This document shows, piece by piece, positions 1-10,595 of a stretch of DNA of 64,000 nucleotides. The position numbers and the translations under genes were made by a program. Source of the stretch: Bacteroidia bacterium (GTDB lineage: Bacteria; Bacteroidota; Bacteroidia; SpSt-205); the NCBI GenBank assembly GCA_025062295.1, contig JANXAJ010000004.1, positions 5,008 through 69,007 of the forward strand, read 5' to 3'. The notes beneath the pieces are model-generated. The model saw nothing but the letters and a program-made list of their open reading frames with translations, did not search any database and was not told the DNA's origin. Every line of letters starts with the position of its first letter. Within the stretch, counting starts at the first letter, position 1.

Positions 1-3000
1 AATGCTGGTAATGCCTCCATCTCTTCTTTTCGACATATAGAGACCGCTGGCTCAAACCTTGTCATCACGGGTGCAGCAGGAGGCACTATTATCAGTCATA
101 CCCCTCAATCGCTTACACTTGAGTTTGGAACTCTCCACCCTGGCCAATCTATTTCCTTCACTGTAAGTTACTCCGTAGAAGCCTGTAGTAACTTAGGCTC
201 TCAGTTCACTCTTCAATGGGGATGCCATAACCAGATTTGCCAGAGCATAACGGCTACAGGAGGAGTCTCAGTAGCTGCCAGTGGGCAAACCCCTCAGATC
301 ACTACTGGAGCCTTCAGCCCGAATGGAAATGCAATCATCTTCATAGATGAAAAAAGCTGCTATGGCGATCAACCTGGCAATGGTAGCCGAGCTCTTTTCC
401 GCGCAGCGAATATCGGAACCGGAATAGCTTACGATGTGCAAGTTACGCTTTTCATTTCAGAATTCCCGAGTAGTCAGTACAATCCTAACATGATAGCACG
501 AATAGATACGAACACTCTCACCCTTCGGATTGGAGCAAATGGCTCTCCTATCCCTCGCCAGATTTTGAGCGCGGAAGCAGGAGGAGCCACCGCATGCTTC
601 GGTGTTTCTGATGTAGTTCGCAAGCTGACACTCAGAATACCTCAACTACATCCAAATGATACCCTCTATGTTGAATTTGATCATTACCTATGTGATATCT
701 CAGCTTGTCATGGGTTTTCTCGCCCCAATATCCGTAGTATTGGTTGGGAGCTGACTTATAAAGGAGCTTGCAATGAACCCTATAGCGTAAGTGGTGGAAG
801 TAATTACCGCGCTCAATTTAATGCAGCTCTCACAAATACCCACCCAGGCACGGTGAGCAATGGTCAGACCTTCAATCTATGTGTCACTTTAGGTGATGAG
901 CCTGGAAACTACACTGAATGGTTTGCAAATCCCTGGTACCTCAATAGCGGAGGCTCACCTTCCGCCCCTAATTATCGGTTTGAATGGGTCTTTACCCTTC
1001 CCCCAGGTGTAAGCTACACAGGTGGCCCCGTAATATGGACGGGCACTCAATGGAATGATCCAAACATCCAGCTCACGTGGCCAGCTACTTCAGTTAGCGT
1101 TGTAGGAAATACAGTTAGAGTGATATTTAACCATTCTAATCGTCCAGAAGGATGGCAGACAATGTGGCCCACAGGTTCTTTCAAAAATTCTTTTGTATGT
1201 CTGCCGCTTGTGCTAAACTGCGGAAATGCGGGATCTTTTTCCATCACTAGCCAAGTTTTCTTCAATCCTAATCCTACATGTAACCCACAAGGCTTCTGCT
1301 ATGGACTACCGCAAACTACGACTATTAATCTAAATTGTCCCATTCCATGCCCGCAAGGCATGCTAATGACAAACTTTACCTTGCGTCGAACTTCCTATGG
1401 AATTCCAGACAATGATAATAATGGGATACCCGATGGAGGCGGAACCTTAGATATGGCTAGAATCCGCACCGATCGGGTTATGATTACCGATACTGCGACG
1501 GCATATTTTGAAGCTCAAGTGCAGGGTGGTCCTTGGCAAAATGCATGGGCTATACTGGAATTAGGAAGCGAAGGCGATCGCTTCACCCCCATAGATGTAT
1601 CTGTAAGAATCCGCAAAACCGGCGGCGGGCCCGTTTATCAAGGCATGCTGCCTCTCTTGAATAGCAACGCATGTGGAGGCTGGCCTGATTGCAATCGCTT
1701 TGCCGTAGATCTCCGGGTCTCCTCGCTCATTGCAGTTGGATTTGTACCCAATACCTTCATATGGGAAGCGGGGGATTCTGTCCGAATCTGGCTGCGAGTG
1801 CGCGCTAGCATCAATCCTGGCGGCTTCCTTGGTCCAGTCAATGCTATACCCTATCTTTACACCACACCTAACCCTGTTCCTCTTCCCCCCGACCTCGCCC
1901 CTCATCCCCCCGTCCAGCGATTTGCCTGCGGCAGTTGGGGCGCTACCATAGAGCTTATAGGGTATTACTTCTATACTTCAGACCCAGAACTCTTTGAACC
2001 AGTGGGATGCGATACCCTTCTCTTGCATCTGCGTCATTACCTTAGTATTGGTCCTTGCTGCTCCAACTACTGTTCAGGTAATCTCTTCCCTTTTGAATAC
2101 CGCCTCTGGTCCCTTCCTGCTCAAGTGGAAGTAACCCTTCCAGCAGGCTGGCGATACGTTCCTGGAAGTGGTTACTTAGATCATCAGCGAACTCAAGGTA
2201 ACTCTACTGGCACATCCGCTCATTGTGTAATTCAGACGACTCCTCCCGGCAGTGCTGAACCTATAAACCCCTCTGCTTCACCCCTTGTCTTTCAAGTCTC
2301 CAATCTCTTTAGTGCAAATGGAGGAGGTCCTCACATTGGAAGCGACGATGGAATGTTTGGGATTCTCTTTTTCAAAGTGGTTCCTTCGTGCGAGTCAGCC
2401 GTGGAATCAGAGGTGCCTATATCCTATACCGTCCATTTCGGTGGGCGACTCAGCGGCTCTGCTACCTCTTCTGCCCCTCTATCAGGCCTTCGTATCCGAT
2501 ACAGAGGACCTCGCCTCTCCGTTCAAGCTGTGACCAATCCCGTCAGTGCTACCGAGAATAGCGTAGAGTGGTATGTCAAGGTCTCTAACATCTCAAATGT
2601 AGCGGCTGCCCCTCATTCCTTCCTATTTTTCCAGACTCAGCATAGTAACCTCTCTGTTACTCAGGTCATAGACGCAAACACAAGCACGCCAATCGCTCCA
2701 GTAGGTGGATACTATCCCACAGGAACACTCAATCCAGGTAGCGACAGGTACTTCTACGTAAAAGCTCAAATTTTGTCCTGCAGCCCAGTAGATACTCTCT
2801 GGATAAGAGTAGGATGGAACTGCGCGGGCTATCCGACTAACCTTTCTACATATCCCTGCCTCGCTTCAGCTCCAAAAGATACCCTAACCTATCTCCCAAC
2901 AAATCCTATTATTCAAATCTCATCTGTAGTCGATCCCAATCCTGCAGAACTGTGCGATACCCACACGGTTATTGTTACCCTTACGAACGCTGGCAATGGC

Positions 3001-5304
3001 TACGGCTATAACCCATTCTTGTATTTTATCCTTCCTTCAGGCATGAATCTCGTGCCAAACTCCTTTGAAGCCTCCTATCCAGCAGGTGGGCCATGGACAC
3101 CTATCGCTGCTCCTCAGTCTCTTTTGTCTCTGCGGTATTGGAACCTTTCTAATCAAATTCCCGCCCTTGCCTCTGGCATGCCCCATAGCCCTCCCCCATC
3201 AAACTCAATCCAAATACGCTTTCGGGTCGCAACAACTTGCAGCTACATTAGTGGAGGCCAGATTCGCTTTTTCACCACCTTCCGGAACGTATGTAACCAG
3301 CTATCCTATCAGATTGCAGCCTCGCCTGTCCTGTCTTTGACAAATGTGATCGTCCCTTACACGACAAGCATCACAGCTCCCGACCTTACCCTCTATGGAT
3401 GTCAAACGGTACATACTTACACAGTCACTATTACAAACCTTGGCACGGGATCCACGACTATCAACGATAGCGTAAGAGTAACGATCCCTGCAGGTATTTT
3501 CATCCCAGGAAGCACAATTCCTCTTCAGAACTTCACAGCGCACGAGCCCACAGTTACCTCTTCGGGCGGCAATACCATCCTCACATGGGGGCTGCAAGCA
3601 GGACATGGAGCTGGCACCCCTATGAGTTTTAGCTTTCAGTTTCAAATACACCCTTCTCTCCCATCAGGCACATATCCTTTCCCTATTCAGACCATCATCA
3701 ATGCTAATCGGACTTGTGGTGCGACTACCTGTAACATATTCTACCCTACAGGTACTCAAAATGCCACTCTTACGCTTGTGCGTCCAGCAGGAGTATGGAC
3801 AGGTGAGATAAACAATGACTGGTTTGAATCGGATAATTGGGGTGATTGCGAAGTGCCTACTTGTACAAAGGATGTAACTATACCTAATGTCGCTAATGAT
3901 CCTATAATTGATGGAGGCATAGCTTCCTGTCGCGATATAACAATAGAGGCTGGAGCTACTCTGACTTTGACGGCAACTGGTCAGTTAGATGTATGCCGAA
4001 ATTATTGGCTTCAAACAAATGCTATTCTCATCGCTGAACCAGGTTCTCATCTTCGTTTCACAGGACCAGCTAATAATCAAACTTACCGCCGCAATGGTAT
4101 AGGGGACCCCTTCAACGTAACAATAGCCCAGGGCAGCCCAGGACACCGACTGATACTACTCACGCCCTTAGAGTTTCATGGTGTCCTGACCCTTAATCAA
4201 GGAGTAATAGACGGCTACACTCATGGACAAGAAACTTTTGCACACGCCCCTTCTGCTTCTGCTGTTACGAGCGGAAATTCAAACAGCTACATTTCAGGGG
4301 TTCTTCGCCGTCGTCTCAACACGAATGCCCCTGATGGCTGGTACTACCTGCCTGTAGGTCATCTTCTAAGTGGAAAGGGATATCAGCTTGCCCAAGTTCA
4401 GTTTAGTGCCGCTCCTAGTGCCCCTTACATAGTGGCACAATTCCTACCATGGGTAGGTATGCCTGCAGGTTGTGCTGTTCAGACGGATTGCGGTTATGGG
4501 TTTGGTACTCTACCGAATTTAGACAATGGATATTGGATCATTGAGCGAGTCGGAGGCCCTGTACCACCCTATCATATCCGCCTCTTCGCCACTAATTACA
4601 CTAATGCCTCAGGCTCAAGCTATGCGATCGTAAAGCGCCCAACGGGTTCTTCTGCACCCTTCGGATTTGAAGGCATCTGTGAGGGTGCTCCATATAATCA
4701 AGCCAATCAGACAGGACGACTTCAAGTGCCAGACTTCTCTGAATTTGCTATAGCTCAAAGCCCATTGCCCTTGGCAGTTAATTTTATCTACCTAAAAGCC
4801 TCCCCCAGACATGCCTCAATCCATATTAGCTTCGCCAGTCGGCAAGACTGGTCTCAGCTCCATCGCCACGAAATAGAGCGCTCTGAAGATGGGATTCACT
4901 GGGAACGCATAGGACTCTTAGAGCGGGAGCAGTACAGTCATCGTGAAGGAGAAATCGGCTATTATGAATGGGAAGATCAGCCGCTCCAACAAGAGAAAAC
5001 CTACTTTTACCGCATCCGGGCTGTGGAATACAGGGGGAGTAGCTACTTCTCTCCTGTAGTAGAGGCTCGCTTACCAGCTTCAGAAAGACTTCAAGCTGCC
5101 ATATATCCTAATCCTTCTGAAGAGGAAGCATGGCTAGAAATGAATAGGGCAGGCTATGTCGTAAGAATCTGGGATGCCGTCGGCAAGCTCGTGTGGGAAG
5201 GCTTCGCTTCCGAAGAACGGCTACCCCTACCTGCGAGGCAACTTAGTGCAGGTCTGTATATACTGGAAGTCGGAGAATTGCGTTTGCGATGGGTAAAGCG
5301 ATAG
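1..5304 (+). CDS. Giant secreted adhesin-like surface protein, 5'-truncated by the window edge, with T9SS C-terminal sorting domain
   Basis: Frame 1 has no stop from nt 1 to the GTG at 436 used by the ORF track, so the gene begins upstream of the window. It has repeated Ig-like DUF11-type segments (VIVTLTNAGNGYGYNP..LPSGMNLVPNS; YTVTITNLGTGSTTINDSVRVTIPAG). The last ~70 aa (AIYPNPSEEEAWLEM..GLYILEVGELRLRWVKR) fit the type-A Por/T9SS CTD pattern. Confidence 0.8.
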   Translation, partial: NAGNASISSFRHIETAGSNLVITGAAGGTIISHTPQSLTLEFGTLHPGQSISFTVSYSVEACSNLGSQFTLQWGCHNQICQSITATGGVSVAASGQTPQITTGAFSPNGNAIIFIDEKSCYGDQPGNGSRALFRAANIGTGIAYDVQVTLFISEFPSSQYNPNMIARIDTNTLTLRIGANGSPIPRQILSAEAGGATACFGVSDVVRKLTLRIPQLHPNDTLYVEFDHYLCDISACHGFSRPNIRSIGWELTYKGACNEPYSVSGGSNYRAQFNAALTNTHPGTVSNGQTFNLCVTLGDEPGNYTEWFANPWYLNSGGSPSAPNYRFEWVFTLPPGVSYTGGPVIWTGTQWNDPNIQLTWPATSVSVVGNTVRVIFNHSNRPEGWQTMWPTGSFKNSFVCLPLVLNCGNAGSFSITSQVFFNPNPTCNPQGFCYGLPQTTTINLNCPIPCPQGMLMTNFTLRRTSYGIPDNDNNGIPDGGGTLDMARIRTDRVMITDTATAYFEAQVQGGPWQNAWAILELGSEGDRFTPIDVSVRIRKTGGGPVYQGMLPLLNSNACGGWPDCNRFAVDLRVSSLIAVGFVPNTFIWEAGDSVRIWLRVRASINPGGFLGPVNAIPYLYTTPNPVPLPPDLAPHPPVQRFACGSWGATIELIGYYFYTSDPELFEPVGCDTLLLHLRHYLSIGPCCSNYCSGNLFPFEYRLWSLPAQVEVTLPAGWRYVPGSGYLDHQRTQGNSTGTSAHCVIQTTPPGSAEPINPSASPLVFQVSNLFSANGGGPHIGSDDGMFGILFFKVVPSCESAVESEVPISYTVHFGGRLSGSATSSAPLSGLRIRYRGPRLSVQAVTNPVSATENSVEWYVKVSNISNVAAAPHSFLFFQTQHSNLSVTQVIDANTSTPIAPVGGYYPTGTLNPGSDRYFYVKAQILSCSPVDTLWIRVGWNCAGYPTNLSTYPCLASAPKDTLTYLPTNPIIQISSVVDPNPAELCDTHTVIVTLTNAGNGYGYNPFLYFILPSGMNLVPNSFEASYPAGGPWTPIAAPQSLLSLRYWNLSNQIPALASGMPHSPPPSNSIQIRFRVATTCSYISGGQIRFFTTFRNVCNQLSYQIAASPVLSLTNVIVPYTTSITAPDLTLYGCQTVHTYTVTITNLGTGSTTINDSVRVTIPAGIFIPGSTIPLQNFTAHEPTVTSSGGNTILTWGLQAGHGAGTPMSFSFQFQIHPSLPSGTYPFPIQTIINANRTCGATTCNIFYPTGTQNATLTLVRPAGVWTGEINNDWFESDNWGDCEVPTCTKDVTIPNVANDPIIDGGIASCRDITIEAGATLTLTATGQLDVCRNYWLQTNAILIAEPGSHLRFTGPANNQTYRRNGIGDPFNVTIAQGSPGHRLILLTPLEFHGVLTLNQGVIDGYTHGQETFAHAPSASAVTSGNSNSYISGVLRRRLNTNAPDGWYYLPVGHLLSGKGYQLAQVQFSAAPSAPYIVAQFLPWVGMPAGCAVQTDCGYGFGTLPNLDNGYWIIERVGGPVPPYHIRLFATNYTNASGSSYAIVKRPTGSSAPFGFEGICEGAPYNQANQTGRLQVPDFSEFAIAQSPLPLAVNFIYLKASPRHASIHISFASRQDWSQLHRHEIERSEDGIHWERIGLLEREQYSHREGEIGYYEWEDQPLQQEKTYFYRIRAVEYRGSSYFSPVVEARLPASERLQAAIYPNPSEEEAWLEMNRAGYVVRIWDAVGKLVWEGFASEERLPLPARQLSAGLYILEVGELRLRWVKR

Positions 5305-5319
5305 CCTCTCTTCGTCTCT

Positions 5320-5625
5320 CTAACTCATCTGCCATATCCACCGTTGCGCCTGGAAACGCTCTTTGAACTCTGGTGGATAAGCTGAGCGAAGCCGAGGAGC
5401 TTCCCGTTCAAGATAGGCTTTAAGGTCTGCTTCTGTCCCTGCCTCGTACATCACGAGAAAGACCCGTCTCCCAGAAGGAGGAGGCGGGTCTATCATCTCT
5501 CCAAAGCGATGTCCCCGAAAAAAACCCGTTTGGAGTACCTCAGGAATATGAGTATGAAGCATCCAATAGCGCCAAGCTTCCGCTACTTCCACCTCTATCT
5601 CCACACGTACAGCATAAATCAACAT
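5320..5625 (-). CDS. DUF4286 family protein
   Basis: 101 aa. The pattern MLIYAVRVEIE..AEAWRYWMLHTHIPEVLQTGFF matches my recollection of the ~100-aa Bacteroidota DUF4286 family. Its start abuts the stop of the upstream TPR gene. Confidence 0.6.
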   Translation of the reverse strand: MLIYAVRVEIEVEVAEAWRYWMLHTHIPEVLQTGFFRGHRFGEMIDPPPPSGRRVFLVMYEAGTEADLKAYLEREAPRLRSAYPPEFKERFQAQRWIWQMS

Positions 5626-5626
5626 C

Positions 5627-7240
5627 TCAACGTCTTTTGAGCTTTTCCTTCAGGTAAGGTAAAGCTTGAGCCGCCTGAGGGTTTTGAGGATCCAGCTCTT
5701 GAAGACGAGTGTAAGCGTCGTAGGACTTATCAAATTCCTCCTTATTGTAATGAAAGTATCCTAAATAAGAGTAAGCCTCAATAAGGTCGCTTTTGTATTT
5801 AGTGCGATCAGCACTCCCAAGCTCAATGACCTTTTCATAGTAGGGTTTGGCTCGCCCTTCCGTGCTCTCCGGATCTAGCATGGCTGCACATCGCCCAAGC
5901 TCAGTATAAACAGGGACTAAGTCAGGCTTCTTGTCCCTGACGTAAGAGAAAGCCTGAATAGCTTTATGATAATAACTGGTGTCCTTCTCAGTCTGACCAA
6001 GCTTATAATAAATCCGACCCAGCTTATAGTAGTTGTCTAAAGATGGAGACTTCTCAATAGCTTTTTGTAGAGCCTCTGCTGCCTCCCGATACCGCCCAAG
6101 CGAATTTAGCGCGTTCGCCATTTCAGGATAGGTTTCATTTGCTAAAGTAGAATCTTTTTCTATGGCTTTCTGATAATATATGACTGCGATAGAGTCTTGG
6201 CCTGTTTTATCTAATCCTTTTGCATAGAAAAGATAATCCTTTGCAATCACTCGTTGGGGAGTTTGACGCTCAAAGTATTGAGCCAGTTCCTTGAGCCCAT
6301 TCTCGTATTGTCCATCTTCTATGAGCGAATAGCCTAAAAGACGCTGAAGAGTCAAGCTAAAAGTGTCTTTTAGGACGCTCCGAATCTCCTCTATTGCACT
6401 CTTGTAGTCTTTACTAAGATATAGGAAGGTAGCATACCGCACGCGAGCGGGAAGCTCAGGTCGTAGAGCTACATACTTCTGGTAGTTTTCTTTAGCCTGT
6501 TGGTACTTCTGGGCAAGAAAGTAAATCTCTCCGAGCTCTCTATAGGCAGGCGCAAAAGAAGGATCTATCTCCACCGCTTTTCGAAAAGCCTCCGCTGCAT
6601 CACGGTAGGACTTTGCTCGGGCATAAGCTTGCCCCAGCTTGAAATGATTTTCGGCATTTGCAGGCTCAATAGAGACTGCCTTCTGGTAATTATCAATCGC
6701 CAACTCCACTACTCCTTCCTGCAGCCAGAGATCACCTAACCCTCTCAAGATAGCCGTATTATTCGGGTCTTTAGTTTTCGCCTTACTCAAGAGAAGTCTG
6801 GCTTTATCCATTCCGAATTTTCCGCCCAGAATGGTATAAATTCGGGCAGTTTCCACAAGGGCCTTGACCTCACTAGCTCCATACTCTTCGGCTTTGCTTA
6901 GGGAGGCTTTGGCTGACTCTGTATTCTTTTGAAGGAGGTCTACTTCCGCTATTCCAATGTGAGCGTATGGATATTTTGGATTTTTTGCCAAGGCTGCGCT
7001 GAAGCTCTCTCGCGCTTGACGCAAAAGGAGATCTCGTCGTGGATCCCCTTCTTCTGTCTGCCGATACTGACCTAAATAAGCCTGACCTCGCAAATAGTAC
7101 ACGTATAAATCCTTCGCCTTTGCAGCGATAAGCTGGTCTGTAAGAGCAAGGACGCGATCATAGTTTTCCCGACTCAGAGCAAGTTCAGCCTCAATTAGGC
7201 TTTGAGCACAAGCAAGTCCTACTAACAGGATGCCTCGCAT
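5627..7240 (-). CDS. Secreted tetratricopeptide-repeat (TPR) protein
   Basis: Many 34-aa TPR-like repeats (AxxxYxxAlelxP..). I moved the start to ATG 7240 (MRGILLVGLACAQS signal peptide) because a TATATTTG -7 box sits 4 nt upstream, and the longer ORF-track start (7447) overlaps the upstream gene. Confidence 0.8.
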   Translation of the reverse strand: MRGILLVGLACAQSLIEAELALSRENYDRVLALTDQLIAAKAKDLYVYYLRGQAYLGQYRQTEEGDPRRDLLLRQARESFSAALAKNPKYPYAHIGIAEVDLLQKNTESAKASLSKAEEYGASEVKALVETARIYTILGGKFGMDKARLLLSKAKTKDPNNTAILRGLGDLWLQEGVVELAIDNYQKAVSIEPANAENHFKLGQAYARAKSYRDAAEAFRKAVEIDPSFAPAYRELGEIYFLAQKYQQAKENYQKYVALRPELPARVRYATFLYLSKDYKSAIEEIRSVLKDTFSLTLQRLLGYSLIEDGQYENGLKELAQYFERQTPQRVIAKDYLFYAKGLDKTGQDSIAVIYYQKAIEKDSTLANETYPEMANALNSLGRYREAAEALQKAIEKSPSLDNYYKLGRIYYKLGQTEKDTSYYHKAIQAFSYVRDKKPDLVPVYTELGRCAAMLDPESTEGRAKPYYEKVIELGSADRTKYKSDLIEAYSYLGYFHYNKEEFDKSYDAYTRLQELDPQNPQAAQALPYLKEKLKRR

Positions 7241-7244
7241 GAAG

Positions 7245-7252
7245 CAAATATA
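7245..7252 (-). promoter_or_regulatory. -7 promoter box TATATTTG (TPR gene)
   Basis: Perfect TAnnTTTG on the coding strand, 4 nt before ATG 7240. Confidence 0.55.
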
Positions 7253-7368
7253 TGACATAACCCTCCGCTTGAATAGCAGGGGAGATTGTAGCGGAGTAGC
7301 ACTCCCCTCAGCCATGCCGGAAACTGCTTTTTGCCCACTGATTAAAGAAATAAGATTAGATAACTTAT

Positions 7369-8664
7369 TCAATTCAGTATAACATAGGCTAATGCTCCTG
7401 AGGCATAACCTAAAAAAGCAATCCATGAGACACGCCTCAAGTACCAAAAAAATTCTATCCTTTCCATCCCCATCGCAACGACCCCTGCAGCCGAGCCGAT
7501 GATAAGAAGGTTACCACCCACCCCTGCCGCATATGCCATGAACTCCCATAGTCGATGGTCTGTGGGGAATTCAGAAAGAGGATACATCTCAATCGCCGCA
7601 GCCACAAGCGGTACATTATCTACTACAGCTGAGAGGACTCCCATGAGGAAGACCACTACATCTAAGCTTGGGACTGCAGTACTAAGGGATTGAGCTAGCC
7701 ACCGCAGCACCCCGATTTCCCCTAAAGCCCCTACTGCCAGTAAAATGCCTAAAAAGAAAAGCAAACTGGGTGTATCTATCCTCTCTAAGGCCGAGACTAC
7801 CCGGAGGCGCCGAGGCTCACCTACTCGCTCACCCAAACGGCGATAAAATATTTCCGTAATCAGCCAGACAGCACCCATGCTCAGAAGCATTGCTAAAAAA
7901 GGTGGTACATGAAAAATAACTTTCAAAATAGGTACTATGAGAATTCCAGTTATGCCTACTAAAAATACTATGAAGCTCACTCTCTGAGGGATCTCTTCTG
8001 AAGAGGTGGAAAGAGCGGACTCTACTCGCACCGAAGCTCCCCGCAGTAGCCTTCCCAGAGCTAAGAAAGGGATGCCTATAGACAAGAGGCTTGGCAAGAA
8101 GACCTTTTTGATGATACTGACTTCTGTAATGCAGCCTTTTATCCAAAGCATAGTAGTCGTTACATCGCCGAGGGGGCTCCATGCCCCACCCGAGTTAGCT
8201 GCTAAGACTACAAGAGAGGCACCAAGGAGTCTGACGTTCCTCTCCTCCTCAGGAGTAACTTTCTGAAGGAGGGAAACCATAAGAAGGGTGGCTGTGAGAT
8301 TGTCTATGACCGCAGAAAGAAAGAAAGTCATCCCCACAAGAACCGCCAAAAATCCCCATAACGTCCGAATCCGCATCAGCCGAAGTACGAACTGAAATCC
8401 CTCGTAAGAGTCAATCACCTCTACAATCGTCATCGCCCCAAGAAGGAAAAAAAGAATACTTGCTGCCTCTCCCAGGTGGTGAAAGAGCCCTGCCTCTATA
8501 GAGGGAGGTACTTTTCCCTCAACGAAAAGAGGAACTCCAAACAATAGGAACCAGGTAGTAGCTCCTAAGAAAATGGCTGTGGCTGCTTTGTCTATATGTA
8601 ACCTGTACTCTAATGCAATAATAGCATACCCAATGACGAAGAGAACTACGAGAAGGGCTTCCAC
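7369..8664 (-). CDS. NhaD/ArsB-superfamily ion transporter (Na+/H+ antiporter NhaD-like)
   Basis: 431 aa, polytopic, with ArsB/NhaD-like segments (FFLLGAMTIVEVIDS, FFLSAVIDNLTATLLM, VVDNVPLVAA). GTG start. Confidence 0.7.
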   Translation of the reverse strand: MEALLVVLFVIGYAIIALEYRLHIDKAATAIFLGATTWFLLFGVPLFVEGKVPPSIEAGLFHHLGEAASILFFLLGAMTIVEVIDSYEGFQFVLRLMRIRTLWGFLAVLVGMTFFLSAVIDNLTATLLMVSLLQKVTPEEERNVRLLGASLVVLAANSGGAWSPLGDVTTTMLWIKGCITEVSIIKKVFLPSLLSIGIPFLALGRLLRGASVRVESALSTSSEEIPQRVSFIVFLVGITGILIVPILKVIFHVPPFLAMLLSMGAVWLITEIFYRRLGERVGEPRRLRVVSALERIDTPSLLFFLGILLAVGALGEIGVLRWLAQSLSTAVPSLDVVVFLMGVLSAVVDNVPLVAAAIEMYPLSEFPTDHRLWEFMAYAAGVGGNLLIIGSAAGVVAMGMERIEFFWYLRRVSWIAFLGYASGALAYVILN

Positions 8665-10595
8665 ATGCGCAAAGGTAGCTTCTGATAGTAAGCCTCACGG
8701 ACCGCTGCCGCAATACTATATCGGTCGTAGCCGCAAAGAGCATACTGCTCTAGCTGAGTCCCATGTTCTATAACAACATCAGGAGCCCCAAGCCGCTTTA
8801 CAGGAATAAAATACCCCTTGTCAGAGAGCCATTCTAAGACTGCGCTACCAATTCCCCCCATTCGGACTCCATCCTCTACTGTAATGATAAAGTCAAACTT
8901 CTCAGCCACTTCTGTAAGTAGAGCCTCATCCAGCGGCTTAGCAAACCGTAGATCGTAAACAGCGGGAAACAAGCCCTCCTCTGCCAAGACCTCACATGCA
9001 GCAAGGACTTCGTTTCCGATATGACCATAGCTGAGGAGAGCTACCCTTTCCCCTTCACGAAGGAGCCGACCCTTTCCAATAGGAATTTCTTCAAAGGGTG
9101 TGCGCCACTCCAATAAGACTCCTTGACCTCGCGGATACCGAATCACAAAAGGCTTCTCCGACAAGAGAGCTGTATACATAAGGTGGCGCAGTTCAGACTC
9201 ATTCAGAGGAGCAGAGAGGATGAGGTTGGGTATTGGACGAAGGTAGGCAATATCATAAAGTCCCTGATGAGTTGCTCCATCTGCCCCTACTGCTCCTGCC
9301 CTATCTAAACAGAAAATGACTGGCAGACTCTGAATAGCTACATCATGGATTACTTGGTCATATGCTCGCTGCAAGAAGGTGGAATAGATGTTGCAAAACA
9401 CCTTCATCCCTTGCGTCGCAAGTCCTGCACTGAAAGTTACTGCATGCTGTTCAGCGATTCCTACGTCGTAGCATCGCTCAGGCATAAGCTGGCGCATTTT
9501 GACCAGTCCTGAGCCAGAGAGCATTGCTGGTGTAACAGCCACTACCCGAGGATCCATTTGAGCCAATTCTATCACTGTCTCTCCAAATACATCTTGATAG
9601 CGAGGAGGCGCTGGAGCTGATGAGCCAGAAGAAAGCGGCTCTCCCGTCTTGGGATTGAACTTGAAAGCTGGAGCATGCCACTTGATAGGATCTTTTTCGG
9701 CAGGGGGAAAGCCCTTTCCTTTGATTGTACGACAGTGAAGCAATTTAGGACCAGAAAGCGTCCGAAGGTTTCGAAGAGTATCCACTAATCCTATTATGTC
9801 ATGACCATTCACAGGTCCGAAATACCGCAGTCCCATGGTCTCAAAAAGTACAGCTGGCTTGGAGAGAAGAAAAAGCAATCGCTCTTCCAGCCGAGCAGCA
9901 TAATCCCGAACTGGCGTTCCCAACTTCTCTTGCAAGCGAGTAAGCAGTTTCCACACCTCATCTCGGAATCGATTGTAAGCTCGAGAGGCGGTCAGACCCG
10001 CTAAGTAGTCTTTGATAGCCCCCACATTCTCATCTATAGAGATTTGATTATCATTGAGAACGATTAGCAGGTCTGGTTGCAGAGCTCCCACGTTGTTGAG
10101 AGCCTCATAGGCTAAACCAGCTGTAAGGGCTCCATCCCCGACTATAGCGACGACTTTCCGAGCAGTCTCGCCTTTGTGGCGAAGAGCCTCAGCCATCCCC
10201 AGTGCTGCCGAAATGGCGGTGGAAGAGTGTCCTACCCCAAAGGTATCATACACAGACTCCTCCCGCTTGGGGAAACCAGAAATGCCTCCTTTGAGGCGAT
10301 TTGTGTGAAACTGACGACGCCTGCCAGTTAGAACTTTATGTCCATACGCCTGATGCCCCACATCCCAGACAAGAAGGTCCTCAGGTGTATTATACACATA
10401 GTGAAGGGCAATTGTGAGCTCCACCACCCCTAAACTTGCCGCAAAGTGCCCACCATACTGAGCTGCATGATGAATCAAAAAAGAGCGGAGCTCTTCCGCC
10501 AGCTGAGGGAGATTATCCTCTGGTAGCAAACGAAGCTGATCAGGGTACTCAATCCTACTTAAAAGAGGACCAACCGGCGTAGGATTTTCACTCAT
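8646..10595 (-). CDS. dxs: 1-deoxy-D-xylulose-5-phosphate synthase
   Basis: 649 aa. N-terminal LLPEDNLPQLAEELRSFLI, the TPP motif GDGALTAGLAYEALNN, and transketolase-like pyrimidine and C-terminal domains. Confidence 0.95.
   Translation of the reverse strand: MSENPTPVGPLLSRIEYPDQLRLLPEDNLPQLAEELRSFLIHHAAQYGGHFAASLGVVELTIALHYVYNTPEDLLVWDVGHQAYGHKVLTGRRRQFHTNRLKGGISGFPKREESVYDTFGVGHSSTAISAALGMAEALRHKGETARKVVAIVGDGALTAGLAYEALNNVGALQPDLLIVLNDNQISIDENVGAIKDYLAGLTASRAYNRFRDEVWKLLTRLQEKLGTPVRDYAARLEERLLFLLSKPAVLFETMGLRYFGPVNGHDIIGLVDTLRNLRTLSGPKLLHCRTIKGKGFPPAEKDPIKWHAPAFKFNPKTGEPLSSGSSAPAPPRYQDVFGETVIELAQMDPRVVAVTPAMLSGSGLVKMRQLMPERCYDVGIAEQHAVTFSAGLATQGMKVFCNIYSTFLQRAYDQVIHDVAIQSLPVIFCLDRAGAVGADGATHQGLYDIAYLRPIPNLILSAPLNESELRHLMYTALLSEKPFVIRYPRGQGVLLEWRTPFEEIPIGKGRLLREGERVALLSYGHIGNEVLAACEVLAEEGLFPAVYDLRFAKPLDEALLTEVAEKFDFIITVEDGVRMGGIGSAVLEWLSDKGYFIPVKRLGAPDVVIEHGTQLEQYALCGYDRYSIAAAVREAYYQKLPLRMWKPFS
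8670..8677 (-). promoter_or_regulatory. -7 promoter box TACCTTTG (nhaD-like gene, internal to the dxs 3' end)
   Basis: Perfect TAnnTTTG, 5 nt before GTG 8664. Confidence 0.5.

Noticed and set aside
5627-7447. Long version of the TPR ORF (606 aa) overlapping the 3' end of the nhaD-like gene
   Set aside because: The N-terminal 69 aa have no signal or TPR character. A -7 box at 7245-7252 lies downstream of both earlier ATGs. ATG 7240 gives a clean signal peptide (MRGILLVGLACAQS).
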